Source: an uncultured virus (IMG/VR IMGVR_UViG_3300044843_001102) (taxonomy: Duplodnaviria; Heunggongvirae; Uroviricota; Caudoviricetes). Taken from it: a stretch of 64,000 bases of DNA. Both the position numbers and the translations under genes were made by a program. Under the pieces are notes generated by a model, which worked only from the letters and a program-made list of their open reading frames with translations, was not told the origin of the DNA and did no database searches. This document shows positions 1-10,430 of the stretch, piece by piece; the first letter of the stretch is position 1; each line of letters begins with the position of its first letter. The stretch lies in the IMG/VR virus record IMGVR_UViG_3300044843_001102; one strand, 5' to 3'.

Positions 1-1
1 T

Positions 2-1258
2 TTATTCGAATGTATTAAGGTTCATATCTTCAAGCCATTGTTCCATATTAAACTCTTCTTCTTCATAAATAAAATTACATAACTTTTTATTTAAATCTTC
101 TTTTCTATTTAAAAGATATTCTTTTAGTTTGTTTGCTTGACCTTTAAATCTTCCATGATCTTTAAAAAGTTCTCTCATAGCAAGTTTTGCACCAATTGGT
201 TTTACATATGCCCATTCTGATTCCGCATGTAACACACCATTCCAAACAACTTCTGGGTGGATTTTTTTTATTTCATACGGTACTTTAGAAAAAAATGATT
301 TACTCTTGCCATTAACCTCTGCATATAAAAAATCTTTATGGCCAGAGTAGTCTGGTGCAATTACCGGCAAACCGCAATAAGCTGCTTCAAACAAAGGAAG
401 CCCAAATCCTTCGCCATGACCAAAATTAACAATTGCTTTAATTTGTGGGTGATTGTAGAGATTGTGTATTTCATCATTGTTCATATCTCCATGTAGTAAA
501 TAAACTTTACACTTCCTATCAGGAAAATTTTTCAACAATTCTTCTAATGCTTTTTGGCATGTAATTTTATCAATAATGGAATTATTTGAATGATTTACTT
601 TACATACCAATCCAACTTTATCCTTTTTAAATTCTTCTAAAAACCATTGAATTGTATTTGGGAGATTTTTTCTTGGACCCCATTGTGCGACACAGAGAAA
701 ATTAAAATCATAATCTAACGGGAATTTCTCTTTGGTATATTCCTCTGTATACTTATTAAATTCTTTTACTGGATATCCAACAACCTCTACTGGAACGTTT
801 AGTTTTAGATCAAGTGTTCTACCAAACTGATCTTGTGCTTTCCAAGAAGTATTAACTAATCCATCTTTTGAATGTTCGGATACTGTAATTACTTTATCGC
901 ATTCTCTGTTGAGAATATCAATCCACTCAGGAGCAACTTTGTTTGACTCAATACCAGCTGTTACTTCAATAGTTATTGGAGCTTTTCTTTTTAATTCATT
1001 TGGGATGCCAACATGAACATAAATATCAAATTGTCCTTGTTGATGGATATATTGAACTGTTTTGTTGATAACAGAATCAAACCACTTTCTTTCTTCATTG
1101 TCTTCAAATAACCAAGAAGTTTGCCCCCAATTTACAGGAATTGCATAAATATCAAATACATCTTCTTGAGATTTAAGAGATCTCATAACAAATCTTGCAT
1201 GTTCACCATATCCTGACTGTGTAAGAATTGGTCCTTCAACTAATACTTTCTTTTTCAT
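2..1258 (-). CDS. Glycosyltransferase (GT-B, GT4-like)
   Basis: SGYG N-terminal motif, RKN, and GEGFGLPLFEAA donor-binding signature. Confidence 0.85.
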   Translation of the reverse strand: MKKKVLVEGPILTQSGYGEHARFVMRSLKSQEDVFDIYAIPVNWGQTSWLFEDNEERKWFDSVINKTVQYIHQQGQFDIYVHVGIPNELKRKAPITIEVTAGIESNKVAPEWIDILNRECDKVITVSEHSKDGLVNTSWKAQDQFGRTLDLKLNVPVEVVGYPVKEFNKYTEEYTKEKFPLDYDFNFLCVAQWGPRKNLPNTIQWFLEEFKKDKVGLVCKVNHSNNSIIDKITCQKALEELLKNFPDRKCKVYLLHGDMNNDEIHNLYNHPQIKAIVNFGHGEGFGLPLFEAAYCGLPVIAPDYSGHKDFLYAEVNGKSKSFFSKVPYEIKKIHPEVVWNGVLHAESEWAYVKPIGAKLAMRELFKDHGRFKGQANKLKEYLLNRKEDLNKKLCNFIYEEEEFNMEQWLEDMNLNTFE

Positions 1259-2520
1259 TATTTAACCTCTTTAAGAGTCCAGCGTTGGTATTGCTTTCTA
1301 TTTTCCCAAGATCCCTTCTCTTCGTAAACCTTGGTCATTAATTCTACCCATTTATTTTGATAATCAGCAAATCCATAGTTCTTTAAAGCGTGCTCTCTGC
1401 CTTTCTGACCAAGTTTCTTTCTCTCAGATCGTGGTAGAGTCCACATATCATAAAGAGCTTGTTTAAAATCTTTTCCAGATACCTTATCCTCATAAATGTA
1501 CGGAACTTCTTGAGATCCAATTACGTATTGGGATGCTGGTTCCATCATTATGCCAAAAGTATCTATTCCGTCTGTTACTTGTTCTTGTAGACCACCTGTT
1601 CGTGGGACAATGATTGGAGTTCCACAATTTAAAGATTCTAGAGTTGAAAGACCAAAACCCTCTGCATCAGAAGCGGATACTGTTACATCTGCCATATTAT
1701 ACATTAATCTTAGGTGTTCTGGTGGAACTCCTTGATTTGAAAACAATACTCTTCCATCATCAATTTGCAATTCTCTAACGATTGCTTCAAGATCTGGGCC
1801 ATTGGGATCTTTTGGGTTTGTATGCATCAAGAGAATTGCCTTGTCTTGACCAACTCTATCCAAAAATTCCTTAAACCACCAAATAATTGCACCAGATTGT
1901 TTACGTCTAGCGTTTCTACTGTTCCAAAAAACAAGCATTGCATCGTCTTTCATATTTGGGAAGTGGACTTTTCTCGCTCGCTTTACTTCTTCTTCTGGCA
2001 TCGGGAAGAAGAAATTAGGATCAATTGCATGAGGTAAGTAATGGCATTCTACTTCTGGCGAGACAGTGCGGACAATATCGTCTGTTACTTTACTAATAGT
2101 AGCAATTACATCATTTGAATCATAAAATGGTTTATTAAATTTTGGATAAGGATAATTATCCCAAACATGATAATAAACCAGAGGAACTAACGGTCTAATC
2201 TCGTTTGCAATGTTCCATAACCACCCATAAAATCTTGGATCTGTCATAAACCAAAGAATATCTGGTTTTTCTGATCTAACAATTGATCTAATAATATTTG
2301 GATCTCCAAATCCATCAACAGGAAAAATAGTCCAATCTTCACCAAATTCCTCTGTCCTGACTGGTTGATAATTCTGGTGTTTAATTGCACCGCCTAATGA
2401 AATTACTTTAAATTTGCCGGACTTTAATAATCCTTCAATAAAATACTTTGTTTGAGTTGCAACACCAGACGGCATCAGTGGATGATCCGAGATGGTAAGA
2501 ACCTTAATCTTCTTTTCCAT
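1258..2520 (-). CDS. Glycosyltransferase (GT-B, GT4-like)
   Basis: NARRK and AEGFGLSTLESL motifs; stop codon overlaps the start of the downstream GT gene. Confidence 0.85.
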   Translation of the reverse strand: MEKKIKVLTISDHPLMPSGVATQTKYFIEGLLKSGKFKVISLGGAIKHQNYQPVRTEEFGEDWTIFPVDGFGDPNIIRSIVRSEKPDILWFMTDPRFYGWLWNIANEIRPLVPLVYYHVWDNYPYPKFNKPFYDSNDVIATISKVTDDIVRTVSPEVECHYLPHAIDPNFFFPMPEEEVKRARKVHFPNMKDDAMLVFWNSRNARRKQSGAIIWWFKEFLDRVGQDKAILLMHTNPKDPNGPDLEAIVRELQIDDGRVLFSNQGVPPEHLRLMYNMADVTVSASDAEGFGLSTLESLNCGTPIIVPRTGGLQEQVTDGIDTFGIMMEPASQYVIGSQEVPYIYEDKVSGKDFKQALYDMWTLPRSERKKLGQKGREHALKNYGFADYQNKWVELMTKVYEEKGSWENRKQYQRWTLKEVK

Positions 2521-2560
2521 TTAAACCTCTAAATTTGTTTTAGTTTAGCATTGATTTTTA

Positions 2561-2884
2561 TTATTTTAAGAGTTCAGCAATCAACTCTTCTTTTTTCATC
2601 TTCATTAAATTCTTATGAGGAATTCCAAGAGTTGACTTTGCCATATTACGAAGTTGATTAATATCTAAAGTATCAAGATATTCCATCTTTTCTTCTAAGT
2701 TTTCTTCTTCTTTATCTTCTTCTGATAATGCTTTCATAGTCTCTTGATGCTCTGCTATTACTTGATCAATTTGTCTATGAAGATTTTTATCATCTTTAGA
2801 AATTCTAACTCCATAAGTTTCTTCTACGAAGTCGTCACCGCCCATTCTGTAAGCGTGTCTTAGTTTCATTTTGTTGCTAACCAT
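2561..2884 (-). CDS. Hypothetical protein, C-terminal Rho_N-like helical motif
   Basis: QLRNMAKS.LGI....MKKEELIAELL resembles Rho_N/HeH repeats. Confidence 0.45.
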   Translation of the reverse strand: MVSNKMKLRHAYRMGGDDFVEETYGVRISKDDKNLHRQIDQVIAEHQETMKALSEEDKEEENLEEKMEYLDTLDINQLRNMAKSTLGIPHKNLMKMKKEELIAELLK

Positions 2885-2885
2885 T

Positions 2886-3554
2886 TTACTTTTCCGCTGT
2901 CTCCTCTAGTAGTTTAATTTTATTATACAACACTGGACACATATCTTCAATCAAATTTTGATCTCCTAGATAGTATCTTTCAAATCCATCTGAGAAATAT
3001 TCTCTTAATGAAGTCGCACTGTAAGGTGTTACGAACAGTGGTTCTGTGAAATAGGATAATGTATCATACCCTACTTTTTTATAGAAAAACTGATCTAGTG
3101 ATTTAGAATATTCTGTTTTTCTAAAATATTTGTCGTCTACCGAATATTTTTGCGATAACTCATTGTAAAGTTGTTTTCTTTTCCTAAGAAACTCTTTCTT
3201 CAATAATCCATCGCCGTATATTTGTTCTGAGTATAATTCTTCTAATGAGTGAGCAACTTCGTGAATAATGTTTTCAATAATATCTTCTTCGTCGTCTTGT
3301 ACATTTGTAAGATAAATTATTTTTTTATCATAAACAGAATCAACCGCTCTATCGTCTAATGTATCATATTGTCCAATAGAAACAGCAGAAATATTTTTAA
3401 ATAAAAAGGCAGGTAAGATATTTCCTACCCGCCGACATACACTATCCATATTTATTTTCTTTGTAAGTCCATTTTTAAAATACACAGGTATTCTGCCGTG
3501 AATCATAAAATGTGCTTTTGGTGATTGCTGTATGTATTCTACGATCTTTTCCAT
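2886..3554 (-). CDS. Putative zinc metallopeptidase
   Basis: HEVAH motif plus downstream EYFSDGF. Confidence 0.65.
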   Translation of the reverse strand: MEKIVEYIQQSPKAHFMIHGRIPVYFKNGLTKKINMDSVCRRVGNILPAFLFKNISAVSIGQYDTLDDRAVDSVYDKKIIYLTNVQDDEEDIIENIIHEVAHSLEELYSEQIYGDGLLKKEFLRKRKQLYNELSQKYSVDDKYFRKTEYSKSLDQFFYKKVGYDTLSYFTEPLFVTPYSATSLREYFSDGFERYYLGDQNLIEDMCPVLYNKIKLLEETAEK

Positions 3555-4906
3555 TACAATAACTTTGCTGCTAATGTTGCTACTTTGCTTCTTTCACCCT
3601 TGGTTAAACTAATGTGTCCGGTTAATTCACTTCCCTTTAACTTTTCAATCGCATAAGTCAAACCGTTTGTAGTTTCATTTAAATAAGTATTATCAATTTG
3701 TTCAATGTCACCAGTCAAAACAATTTTTGTGTTTTCGCCTACACGGGTTAGAACGGTTTTAATTTCATGCGTATTCATGTTTTGGCATTCATCGATAATA
3801 ATAAAAGCATTGTTCAAAGAACGACCACGAATATATGTCAAAGCCTCAACCTGAATGATACCCTTGTCTTTGTAGTGCTCTAGCGGATCAAGATTCTTGA
3901 ATGCCTTATTACTGAACAGAGTATCGAGATTGTCTTGGATTGGAGCAACCCAAGGTGCCATCTTTTCTTCCATTGTGCCGGGCAAGAAACCGATATCTTT
4001 ACCCATTGGCATTACAGAACGAGATACAATAATCTTCTCGTACTTCTGTCCTTCGTCCTCTCTATTGATGACGTATTCCAGAGCCGCTGCTATGGCTAGG
4101 AGCGTCTTTCCAGTTCCAGCCGACCCCATCATAGATACAACTGGTACGGACTCGTCCATGAGGAGATTTAGAGCCATTTGCTGTTCTTTGTTGCGAGGAG
4201 TTAAACCGAATATAGTTCCCTCTTTGCCTTTAACAAATTCTTTAACTTTGAGAAGTGGTTTATTAAAGGCAACAAATCTAGATAATCCAGTCTTCTTTTC
4301 ATTAGCAGAAGATACAAGAATTACGAATTGATTTGGCTTAAATTCTTTTGTATTATCATCTTCTTCTAGGAAGATTTGCTCACCAGCATAAAATCTATCA
4401 ATTAACTGATCATCAACCAATAATCTAGAGCAACCTGTATAAATATCGTTTGCTTTCTTAATTACTTGATTTTCTGTGTATGCTTCACACTCAAGTCCCA
4501 ATGCATCACAACGAACACGAAGATTGATGTCTAAAGAGACAACAATAACTTTCTTACCTGGATTTTCACTCTTCTCAGATAATGCACATGCTAATATGGC
4601 ATTGTCCGCTTGACTAGGATCAAAGTCAGCAGGAAGAGTGCTAAGGTCAGAAGATCTTGCTCTAACAATTCCAAGTCCCTTATCGATTCGCACACCCTTA
4701 TTTAAATTACCCTTGCTTCTTAGTTCGTCAAGGATTCTAATAAAGTTTCTAGCATTAAGACCTACGCCATCCTGCCTCTTCTTGTGCTTATCTACTTCTT
4801 CTAACACTTTGAGAGGAATGATAATGTCTCCAGTGCCGAATTTATATATTGCCTCGTAGTCTGTTAAGTAACAATTCGTATCCAGAACATAGATTTTTTT
4901 GGACAT
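3554..4906 (-). CDS. phoH: PhoH2-like protein (PIN domain + PhoH ATPase)
   Basis: N-terminal YVLDTN (PIN); GSAGTGKT Walker A, RGRS, IIDECQN, TGDIEQID; start trimmed to MSKK after the GAGG RBS. Confidence 0.92.
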   Translation of the reverse strand: MSKKIYVLDTNCYLTDYEAIYKFGTGDIIIPLKVLEEVDKHKKRQDGVGLNARNFIRILDELRSKGNLNKGVRIDKGLGIVRARSSDLSTLPADFDPSQADNAILACALSEKSENPGKKVIVVSLDINLRVRCDALGLECEAYTENQVIKKANDIYTGCSRLLVDDQLIDRFYAGEQIFLEEDDNTKEFKPNQFVILVSSANEKKTGLSRFVAFNKPLLKVKEFVKGKEGTIFGLTPRNKEQQMALNLLMDESVPVVSMMGSAGTGKTLLAIAAALEYVINREDEGQKYEKIIVSRSVMPMGKDIGFLPGTMEEKMAPWVAPIQDNLDTLFSNKAFKNLDPLEHYKDKGIIQVEALTYIRGRSLNNAFIIIDECQNMNTHEIKTVLTRVGENTKIVLTGDIEQIDNTYLNETTNGLTYAIEKLKGSELTGHISLTKGERSKVATLAAKLL

Positions 4907-4942
4907 AATTCCTCTCAAGTGGATATAATAATTAGTTAGAAT

Positions 4943-5257
4943 TTACCCATTATCTGTTTGTCTTGGCATTGTTGCGACCCTTTTGTTATAAGTGCCAAGT
5001 ATGCCATAACCCGCAATATCCTGCCACGGATCTTCACTAAAAGCATTTTTATCATTTGCAATCCTAAATAATTTATCTAAAATTCTCACAACCGCAAGCA
5101 TATCACCATATTGATCTGGTTTAATACCTTGTGGAAATAATATTTTTAACATATCACCAGCATTATCAAATGCTGAACCATATGCTTGATTCTTTTTATC
5201 AACCAACGATCCAATTTCTTTACCAATTTGTTCATAAACCATAAATCCTCCAAACAA
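4943..5257 (-). CDS. DUF1599-like (nucleotide-modification-associated) protein
   Basis: KKNQAYG, DKLFRI and WQDIAGYGIL motifs. Confidence 0.65.
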   Translation of the reverse strand: MFGGFMVYEQIGKEIGSLVDKKNQAYGSAFDNAGDMLKILFPQGIKPDQYGDMLAVVRILDKLFRIANDKNAFSEDPWQDIAGYGILGTYNKRVATMPRQTDNG

Positions 5258-5280
5258 AAAAGCCCAACCGAAGTTGGGCC
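5256..5280 (-). terminator. Intrinsic terminator
   Basis: GCCCAAC-TTCG-GTTGGGC followed by TTTTTT on the minus strand. Confidence 0.85.
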
Positions 5281-5302
5281 AAAACTTTCGTTTTATTTTA
5301 GA

Positions 5303-5524
5303 TTAACCACCGACAGAAGCATCAGTTGAAGTGGAAACATCTGGTGAATCTACTCCAGTAACATCTACAGAAGCATCAACAGCGGAAACATCGTCAGCTA
5401 CATCAACTGCGTCAACTTCCGATACTGAATCTGCTGATACTGTATCAGTTGCTGGTGATTGCTCATCCTTATCGCAAGCGATAAGTGAAGCAACCATTAG
5501 ACACATTACAAATAACTTCTTCAT
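5303..5524 (-). CDS. Small acidic lipoprotein
   Basis: MKKLFVMCLMVASLIAC signal peptide and lipobox, AGGAG RBS, low-complexity D/V/S/A tail. Confidence 0.65.
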   Translation of the reverse strand: MKKLFVMCLMVASLIACDKDEQSPATDTVSADSVSEVDAVDVADDVSAVDASVDVTGVDSPDVSTSTDASVGG

Positions 5525-5734
5525 AAATAAACTCCTTTTATTAAACAATTGTATCATCTTCGGTGGCTTCCAGATTGAACATCCGACCAGTTCTTACTGA
5601 CCATTTGTGTGTTTCTGGACCTCCTCGATTGTTTGTGAAGGAATGATACCAAACCAACGGATTGTTGTCAAGTTGTGTTCCTTCACTATTACATAGTGGA
5701 CAACGGGTAAATTTTTTCTTGTTCTCTTCCATTT

Positions 5735-5908
5735 TCAATCCAACAATAAATCTTTTTTCTTTGACTCATTTAAGTTTTTTGATTCATATTCTTTCCAGAG
5801 TTCTTCTTTTTGAAGGTCTGCAAGGTGTGGATACTTTTTAAAAACTTCTTGAGTTGTAAGATCTTCTTCTAACTTGATCTTCTCAATCATCTCGGTAACT
5901 TTACCCAT
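5735..5908 (-). CDS. Hypothetical 57 aa protein (not in ORF track)
   Basis: MGKVTEMIEKIK...KKKDLLLD ORF fills the gap between neighbours. Confidence 0.55.
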   Translation of the reverse strand: MGKVTEMIEKIKLEEDLTTQEVFKKYPHLADLQKEELWKEYESKNLNESKKKDLLLD

Positions 5909-5910
5909 TT

Positions 5911-6114
5911 TTAACCCTCTGCAGTCTCTGCAACGCCCTCACCGCTGTCTACACCGAAGGAAGCTTGGCGAACCTCTTGTAGAGACTTCTTGGCGTCTTG
6001 CAGGGCAACTCTAACTCTACGAGCAGCAGCTTTATTACCACGATCAGCCTTCTCGGCATCACCTTGTAGTGCAGTTAGTTCAGTAACAACTTGATTTAGT
6101 CTTTCTAGTAGCAT
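5911..6114 (-). CDS. Hc1-like small basic (histone H1-like) protein
   Basis: DAEKADRGNKAAARRVRVALQ..K...QEVR matches the recalled Hc1 family pattern; AGGAG RBS. Confidence 0.75.
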   Translation of the reverse strand: MLLERLNQVVTELTALQGDAEKADRGNKAAARRVRVALQDAKKSLQEVRQASFGVDSGEGVAETAEG

Positions 6115-6125
6115 AATTTTCTCCT

Positions 6126-6773
6126 TTAAATAATTTCATCGGCAAAGCCGTTTTTGATAATTGTCTCAGATTCCATCCAGAGATCATGTTTCATTAACTC
6201 TGTAAGTTCTTCTTCCGACATCTTACTTGTTTCCAAGTAAATCTTTTTGACAGTATGCATGATTTTTTCTTGATTTTTAAGTTCATCTTTAAATTCTTCA
6301 AATTTTCCACCCAAGACAGATGTAGAAATTTGGTGAATTAACATGAATGAGTTATTATACAAGTATCTTCTTCTACCAGCAAGGTACAGAAGAGTTGCCG
6401 CAGAAGCAGCGCAACCATCAATATATGTATGGACTGGTGTTTTGCAAGCTTTAATACAATCATAAGCAGCAATACCAGCAAAAGCAGAACCACCTTCACT
6501 TTGAATATGCAATTCAATTGGTGGTGGTGGAATATTGAATGTAAGTCCAATAACCTGCATTTCTTTATCTAATCTTCTAATCAATTTATTAAGTTCAAGT
6601 ACTTCTCTGTCTCCAACGGGACAATAGAAATAAACTTTGTTTTCATCGTGCTCTACGCCATTATTTGGCCCGCCTTGATCGGAAGACATAATAACAACTT
6701 GTTCTGGTTGAATTTCTGGTTCTTGTTTAACTTCTTCTTTCTTCTTCTTTGCGTTCCAATAATACGATCTCAT
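6126..6773 (-). CDS. ClpP-like serine protease
   Basis: IQSEGG, GCAASAA (Ser), MLIHQ (His), DLWM...GFADEI. Confidence 0.85.
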   Translation of the reverse strand: MRSYYWNAKKKKEEVKQEPEIQPEQVVIMSSDQGGPNNGVEHDENKVYFYCPVGDREVLELNKLIRRLDKEMQVIGLTFNIPPPPIELHIQSEGGSAFAGIAAYDCIKACKTPVHTYIDGCAASAATLLYLAGRRRYLYNNSFMLIHQISTSVLGGKFEEFKDELKNQEKIMHTVKKIYLETSKMSEEELTELMKHDLWMESETIIKNGFADEII

Positions 6774-6811
6774 TTTACCTCATTAGGTCGGAATTTCTCT
6801 TCGACCCTCTT

Positions 6812-6840
6812 AGAATAGCATTCTATGCAGTTTGTGTCAA
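6812..6840 (-). promoter_or_regulatory. sigma70-type promoter
   Basis: TTGACA-17-TATTCT; inverted repeat across the -10 box. Confidence 0.75.
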
Positions 6841-7160
6841 GTTGGGTTCTTTTTGTTTCTGTTTTTAACAGGTATTTTATATCTATACATGTTTCTTTCT
6901 AGTGTATCAATATCTAAACCTAGAAATCTTGCTGCTCCTTTCTTTGTTCCCTTCAAATCAAGAGCAAATTTTAATAATCCTTCGCTGACAACTTCTTTTA
7001 TTGTAGCATATAACTTGTAACCCATTAAATTATTTTTAAAAGTTTCATTTTCTAATTCTAAACGCAAAAAGAATATCTCTTCGAGTGTTAGGTGTTTTAA
7101 CATCACCTCAAATTCCTCGTTTGATCTTTTTTCTTCTCTTAATTTTTTGAGTAAGGACAT
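6837..7160 (-). CDS. Fis-like HTH protein
   Basis: ALDLKGTKKGAARFLGLD..TL C-terminal HTH. Confidence 0.6.
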   Translation of the reverse strand: MSLLKKLREEKRSNEEFEVMLKHLTLEEIFFLRLELENETFKNNLMGYKLYATIKEVVSEGLLKFALDLKGTKKGAARFLGLDIDTLERNMYRYKIPVKNRNKKNPT

Positions 7161-8089
7161 TAGCGTAACAAGTGAGCGAGAATTTGATCGCTTAATTTTT
7201 TTGATTCAACAAGCTTTTTTCTTGGTTTCTTGTTTTCTTGTAATGCAGTTTGCTGTCCACCAGTATAACTTTGACCAGTCTGTTTAATTTTTTCATATGC
7301 TGGCGTGGTTGGTTCTGCTACGGTTGCCTGTAGTTCTTTTTCAAACTTATCGAAATAAAGTTTAAGATTCGTTAATAAGTAATCAAAGAATATTTTTCTA
7401 TCTTTTGCATTGTCTAATAATCTATAACCATTCTTAATTGTTGTACCGATACCTCTCTTATTCCAAGTTCTTAAAGCAATATTTCTACCTGTTAAGTCTT
7501 GTCCTGGAATTGTAAAGGATTCTTCTGTTTGTTCTTCTTTAGTTTTTGCTTTATCGCTTTCTTCTTTCTTTCCTTGCGTTTCAACATCGATCATTTTTTC
7601 ATCTTCTTCGTCATCTTCTTCGTCATCATCACCAATTTTAATTTTTAGATCTTCTTGTTCTTGTAGAGTTTCAGTTGCTTCAGGTGGAAGATCTGCTTTT
7701 ACAGCAGCGGGTATCTCTTCTTTACTTAACTCACCTTCTGCTTGTTCTTCGGCAGAGAATTTAGCATCTGCTGCTAAAAGAATATCAATTGCAGCGCGAA
7801 TAATATGTGCTCTATAGGACTTTCTTTGTTCTTCACTTGTTGTGAGTTTTTTGTAGTCAGACTCAACAGCAGGAATAATAGCAGTTAATACGGATTCAAG
7901 TTCATTTTCTCCAGTAGAAGCTCCAGGGACAACAGATTCTTTTTCTTGTAATAATTTACGAATTGCTGTTCTTAATATTTTTTCTTCTTTTAATGTTTGT
8001 TTTTGTTCTTCTAGTCTCTCAACATGCTTTTGTTCAAGATACTTTCTAACAAACATTCTTAACTTTTTTTCTTCTACTTTATTAGACAT
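7160..8089 (-). CDS. Hypothetical acidic protein (probable virion/head protein)
   Basis: Long ORF in the late cluster with many L-x-E motifs. Confidence 0.5.
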   Translation of the reverse strand: MSNKVEEKKLRMFVRKYLEQKHVERLEEQKQTLKEEKILRTAIRKLLQEKESVVPGASTGENELESVLTAIIPAVESDYKKLTTSEEQRKSYRAHIIRAAIDILLAADAKFSAEEQAEGELSKEEIPAAVKADLPPEATETLQEQEDLKIKIGDDDEEDDEEDEKMIDVETQGKKEESDKAKTKEEQTEESFTIPGQDLTGRNIALRTWNKRGIGTTIKNGYRLLDNAKDRKIFFDYLLTNLKLYFDKFEKELQATVAEPTTPAYEKIKQTGQSYTGGQQTALQENKKPRKKLVESKKLSDQILAHLLR

Positions 8090-8092
8090 TCT

Positions 8093-10183
8093 TTATATCC
8101 TCTTATTATAAATACTATTCACTCTACTAATTAGATCTCCAAGGTTTAATTTTGGTTGAATTGGTTGAGGTTTAGTTAATTCTTTGTTTATTAAATTAAT
8201 AATAGATGATTCTTTGAGTTCTTCCATTTCTGCTTGAACACCAAGAATATTATATGCTCTCTTTAAATATTCTGGTGAAGATAAAATTTCTTCTGGTAGA
8301 TACTCTTTAATTGTTTCTAAGTCATTATTTGATATGGCGTTTCTAAATTCTGTTGAAGCGTATTCGCCTAGTATGTCTCTTTTTTCATCTTTATCGCCTT
8401 TTAAGGCAACTGGAATCTCATAATCTTCTCCGAACAGAATTTGCCAAGGTTTATCTTTTACAAATTTTGATAAGTTAGAATAGTACCCGCGATCTTTTCT
8501 ACTTACTCCTAATAAGATTACATCACCAGGTTGTGCCTTGTCAAGATCGTTGTCAGAATTTGCGATATAATCGTAGACATCCTTGACAGGATTTTCCCGC
8601 TTTGTTACTCTTAGTTCAACTAAGTCTTGCAACCCCGCAGCATCAAGATATAGTTTAAACAACTCCATTGATTGTTTTAATGGGAACTCTTGATTAGAAG
8701 TAGAAAATCTTGCTTTGTCTCCTACTATAATAATTACTTTTTCAACTACAAAGTTCTTATTATTATATTTTGGTAGTTCAATAAAACTCTTAATAACCTG
8801 CAAATGACCACGGTGAGGTGGTTTAAATGCTCCTGCATACAAAACTTTCATTCCATTTGCTTCAATTGTTTTATTTTCGTTTAATGATTTGTATTCAAAG
8901 TTGCTCATATTAATAATCTGGTTGACAGGACCAAAAGTTGATGTTATCTTGTAAGTGTGGTCTTTATAGCGGAACACAACTCCCTCAACTGGATTGTTTA
9001 CAAGTTCTTTAAACCCGATTGTATTATGCTTTAGTTTATCCAGTTGTTTATTTAGTTTGTTTTTCTGCTCGGCGGTTCCTTTGTTGTTTATATTTTCAAT
9101 CGCATTATTTACAAGTTTAATAATATCATCTGCCGTTTGTTTATTATCTGTTATGTATCTGCTCTCGTACATATCCAGAAGAATAGACGAGCAATTAAAG
9201 ATTGTTTTATCTATTGGAGATCTTAACTGTTTGAAAATATCTCTCGCAGGTTCTTCATTTGTTAATTCTTTAATTTTACCACTGTCCTGCATACTGTTTG
9301 TTGTAAAAAACTTATTTATTCGTGGTTTCTTAACGTGCTTTGGACCAAATCCAGCGGATAAAACTGATTTAACAACAAACTCTGTTTGGTGGTTATCTAA
9401 ATTTAGTTTTTTATCTACCAAATATTTTTCTATAGATTTAATAAAATACTGTCCGACAGTATCATTCATATCTAAGCCAAATCTTCTAAACTCAGATCGT
9501 AATTTACCAAGTTCTTCTTCGAGTTTTGGCATATTTACAAGATCCATCTTGGATTCTTTGTCGTCTGTTATTTGTATGCCGTTTTCTTTGCTACTATCTC
9601 CAAAAATCTTAGATAGTTCATTAAATCTTAAATTGACTTCATCAGTATCAGAAGCAATAATCGAACCTTTTTCAGCATCAATTTTAACATTTCCCAATTT
9701 GTGGAAAATAATCATTTTACGATCATATTTTATAACATTTGGAGCATATGGATCAATTAATTCTGCATTAAAAAAGAATTGTGGATTGCCAGAAACATCT
9801 TCTCCGAATACTAATTTCTTTTGTTCTGGAGATGTAAACACTTGTGGTACAATTTTTTCAAAAAATCCAATTAAGTTTGTATACACAGAAACAACATTTG
9901 TAGGAACGGGTCTCTTTCCTGCTTGAATTCTGTTTGTAGTAAATTCACTCTTTAATTCTTGTAAGGTTATACCACCTGTTTTAATTTGACCATTATTTCT
10001 TAATAATTTTGCTTTATTCTCTTTAGCAGAATAAGACAAATAAATATTGTATCCGTCTAGTTTTTCATAGACAGGTATTTCTTTTGAATTATTAGCAATT
10101 TTTCGATATATTTTTACAATATCTTCAAGAGTAAGATTTGGGTCTTCGTATAAATGATCTATGTGTCCTGTTAGTCCGCTCAT
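8093..10183 (-). CDS. Fusion: ligase-like nucleotidyltransferase (DUF6267-like) + HxGH cytidylyltransferase-like domain
   Basis: GHIDHLYE, EKLDG and EGVV motifs at the N-terminus; GAFKPPHRGH and ASTEFR at the C-terminus. Confidence 0.7.
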   Translation of the reverse strand: MSGLTGHIDHLYEDPNLTLEDIVKIYRKIANNSKEIPVYEKLDGYNIYLSYSAKENKAKLLRNNGQIKTGGITLQELKSEFTTNRIQAGKRPVPTNVVSVYTNLIGFFEKIVPQVFTSPEQKKLVFGEDVSGNPQFFFNAELIDPYAPNVIKYDRKMIIFHKLGNVKIDAEKGSIIASDTDEVNLRFNELSKIFGDSSKENGIQITDDKESKMDLVNMPKLEEELGKLRSEFRRFGLDMNDTVGQYFIKSIEKYLVDKKLNLDNHQTEFVVKSVLSAGFGPKHVKKPRINKFFTTNSMQDSGKIKELTNEEPARDIFKQLRSPIDKTIFNCSSILLDMYESRYITDNKQTADDIIKLVNNAIENINNKGTAEQKNKLNKQLDKLKHNTIGFKELVNNPVEGVVFRYKDHTYKITSTFGPVNQIINMSNFEYKSLNENKTIEANGMKVLYAGAFKPPHRGHLQVIKSFIELPKYNNKNFVVEKVIIIVGDKARFSTSNQEFPLKQSMELFKLYLDAAGLQDLVELRVTKRENPVKDVYDYIANSDNDLDKAQPGDVILLGVSRKDRGYYSNLSKFVKDKPWQILFGEDYEIPVALKGDKDEKRDILGEYASTEFRNAISNNDLETIKEYLPEEILSSPEYLKRAYNILGVQAEMEELKESSIINLINKELTKPQPIQPKLNLGDLISRVNSIYNKRI

Positions 10184-10430
10184 TCTTCATCTTCTTTGGC
10201 TTCTTCAATAATTTTAACTTGTTCTTCTAATACTTTTAATCTTTCTTCCATTAATCTTGCATGTTTTCTTGCTTTACGGAGATTTTCTCTCATAACAGCA
10301 AGACGAGAAGATTCGGAAACAGATGATGGTTTAAAATGATCAACCATTTCTGAAATTACACTTAAATATTCCATTAGGGTAGGCTCTTTCTTTTCGCCCA
10401 ATAGAAAATCTTTTGTCATTTTATGATAAT

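Noticed and set aside
8994..9926. 310-aa plus-strand ORF
   Set aside because: Shadow of the 696-aa minus-strand gene with an implausible composition
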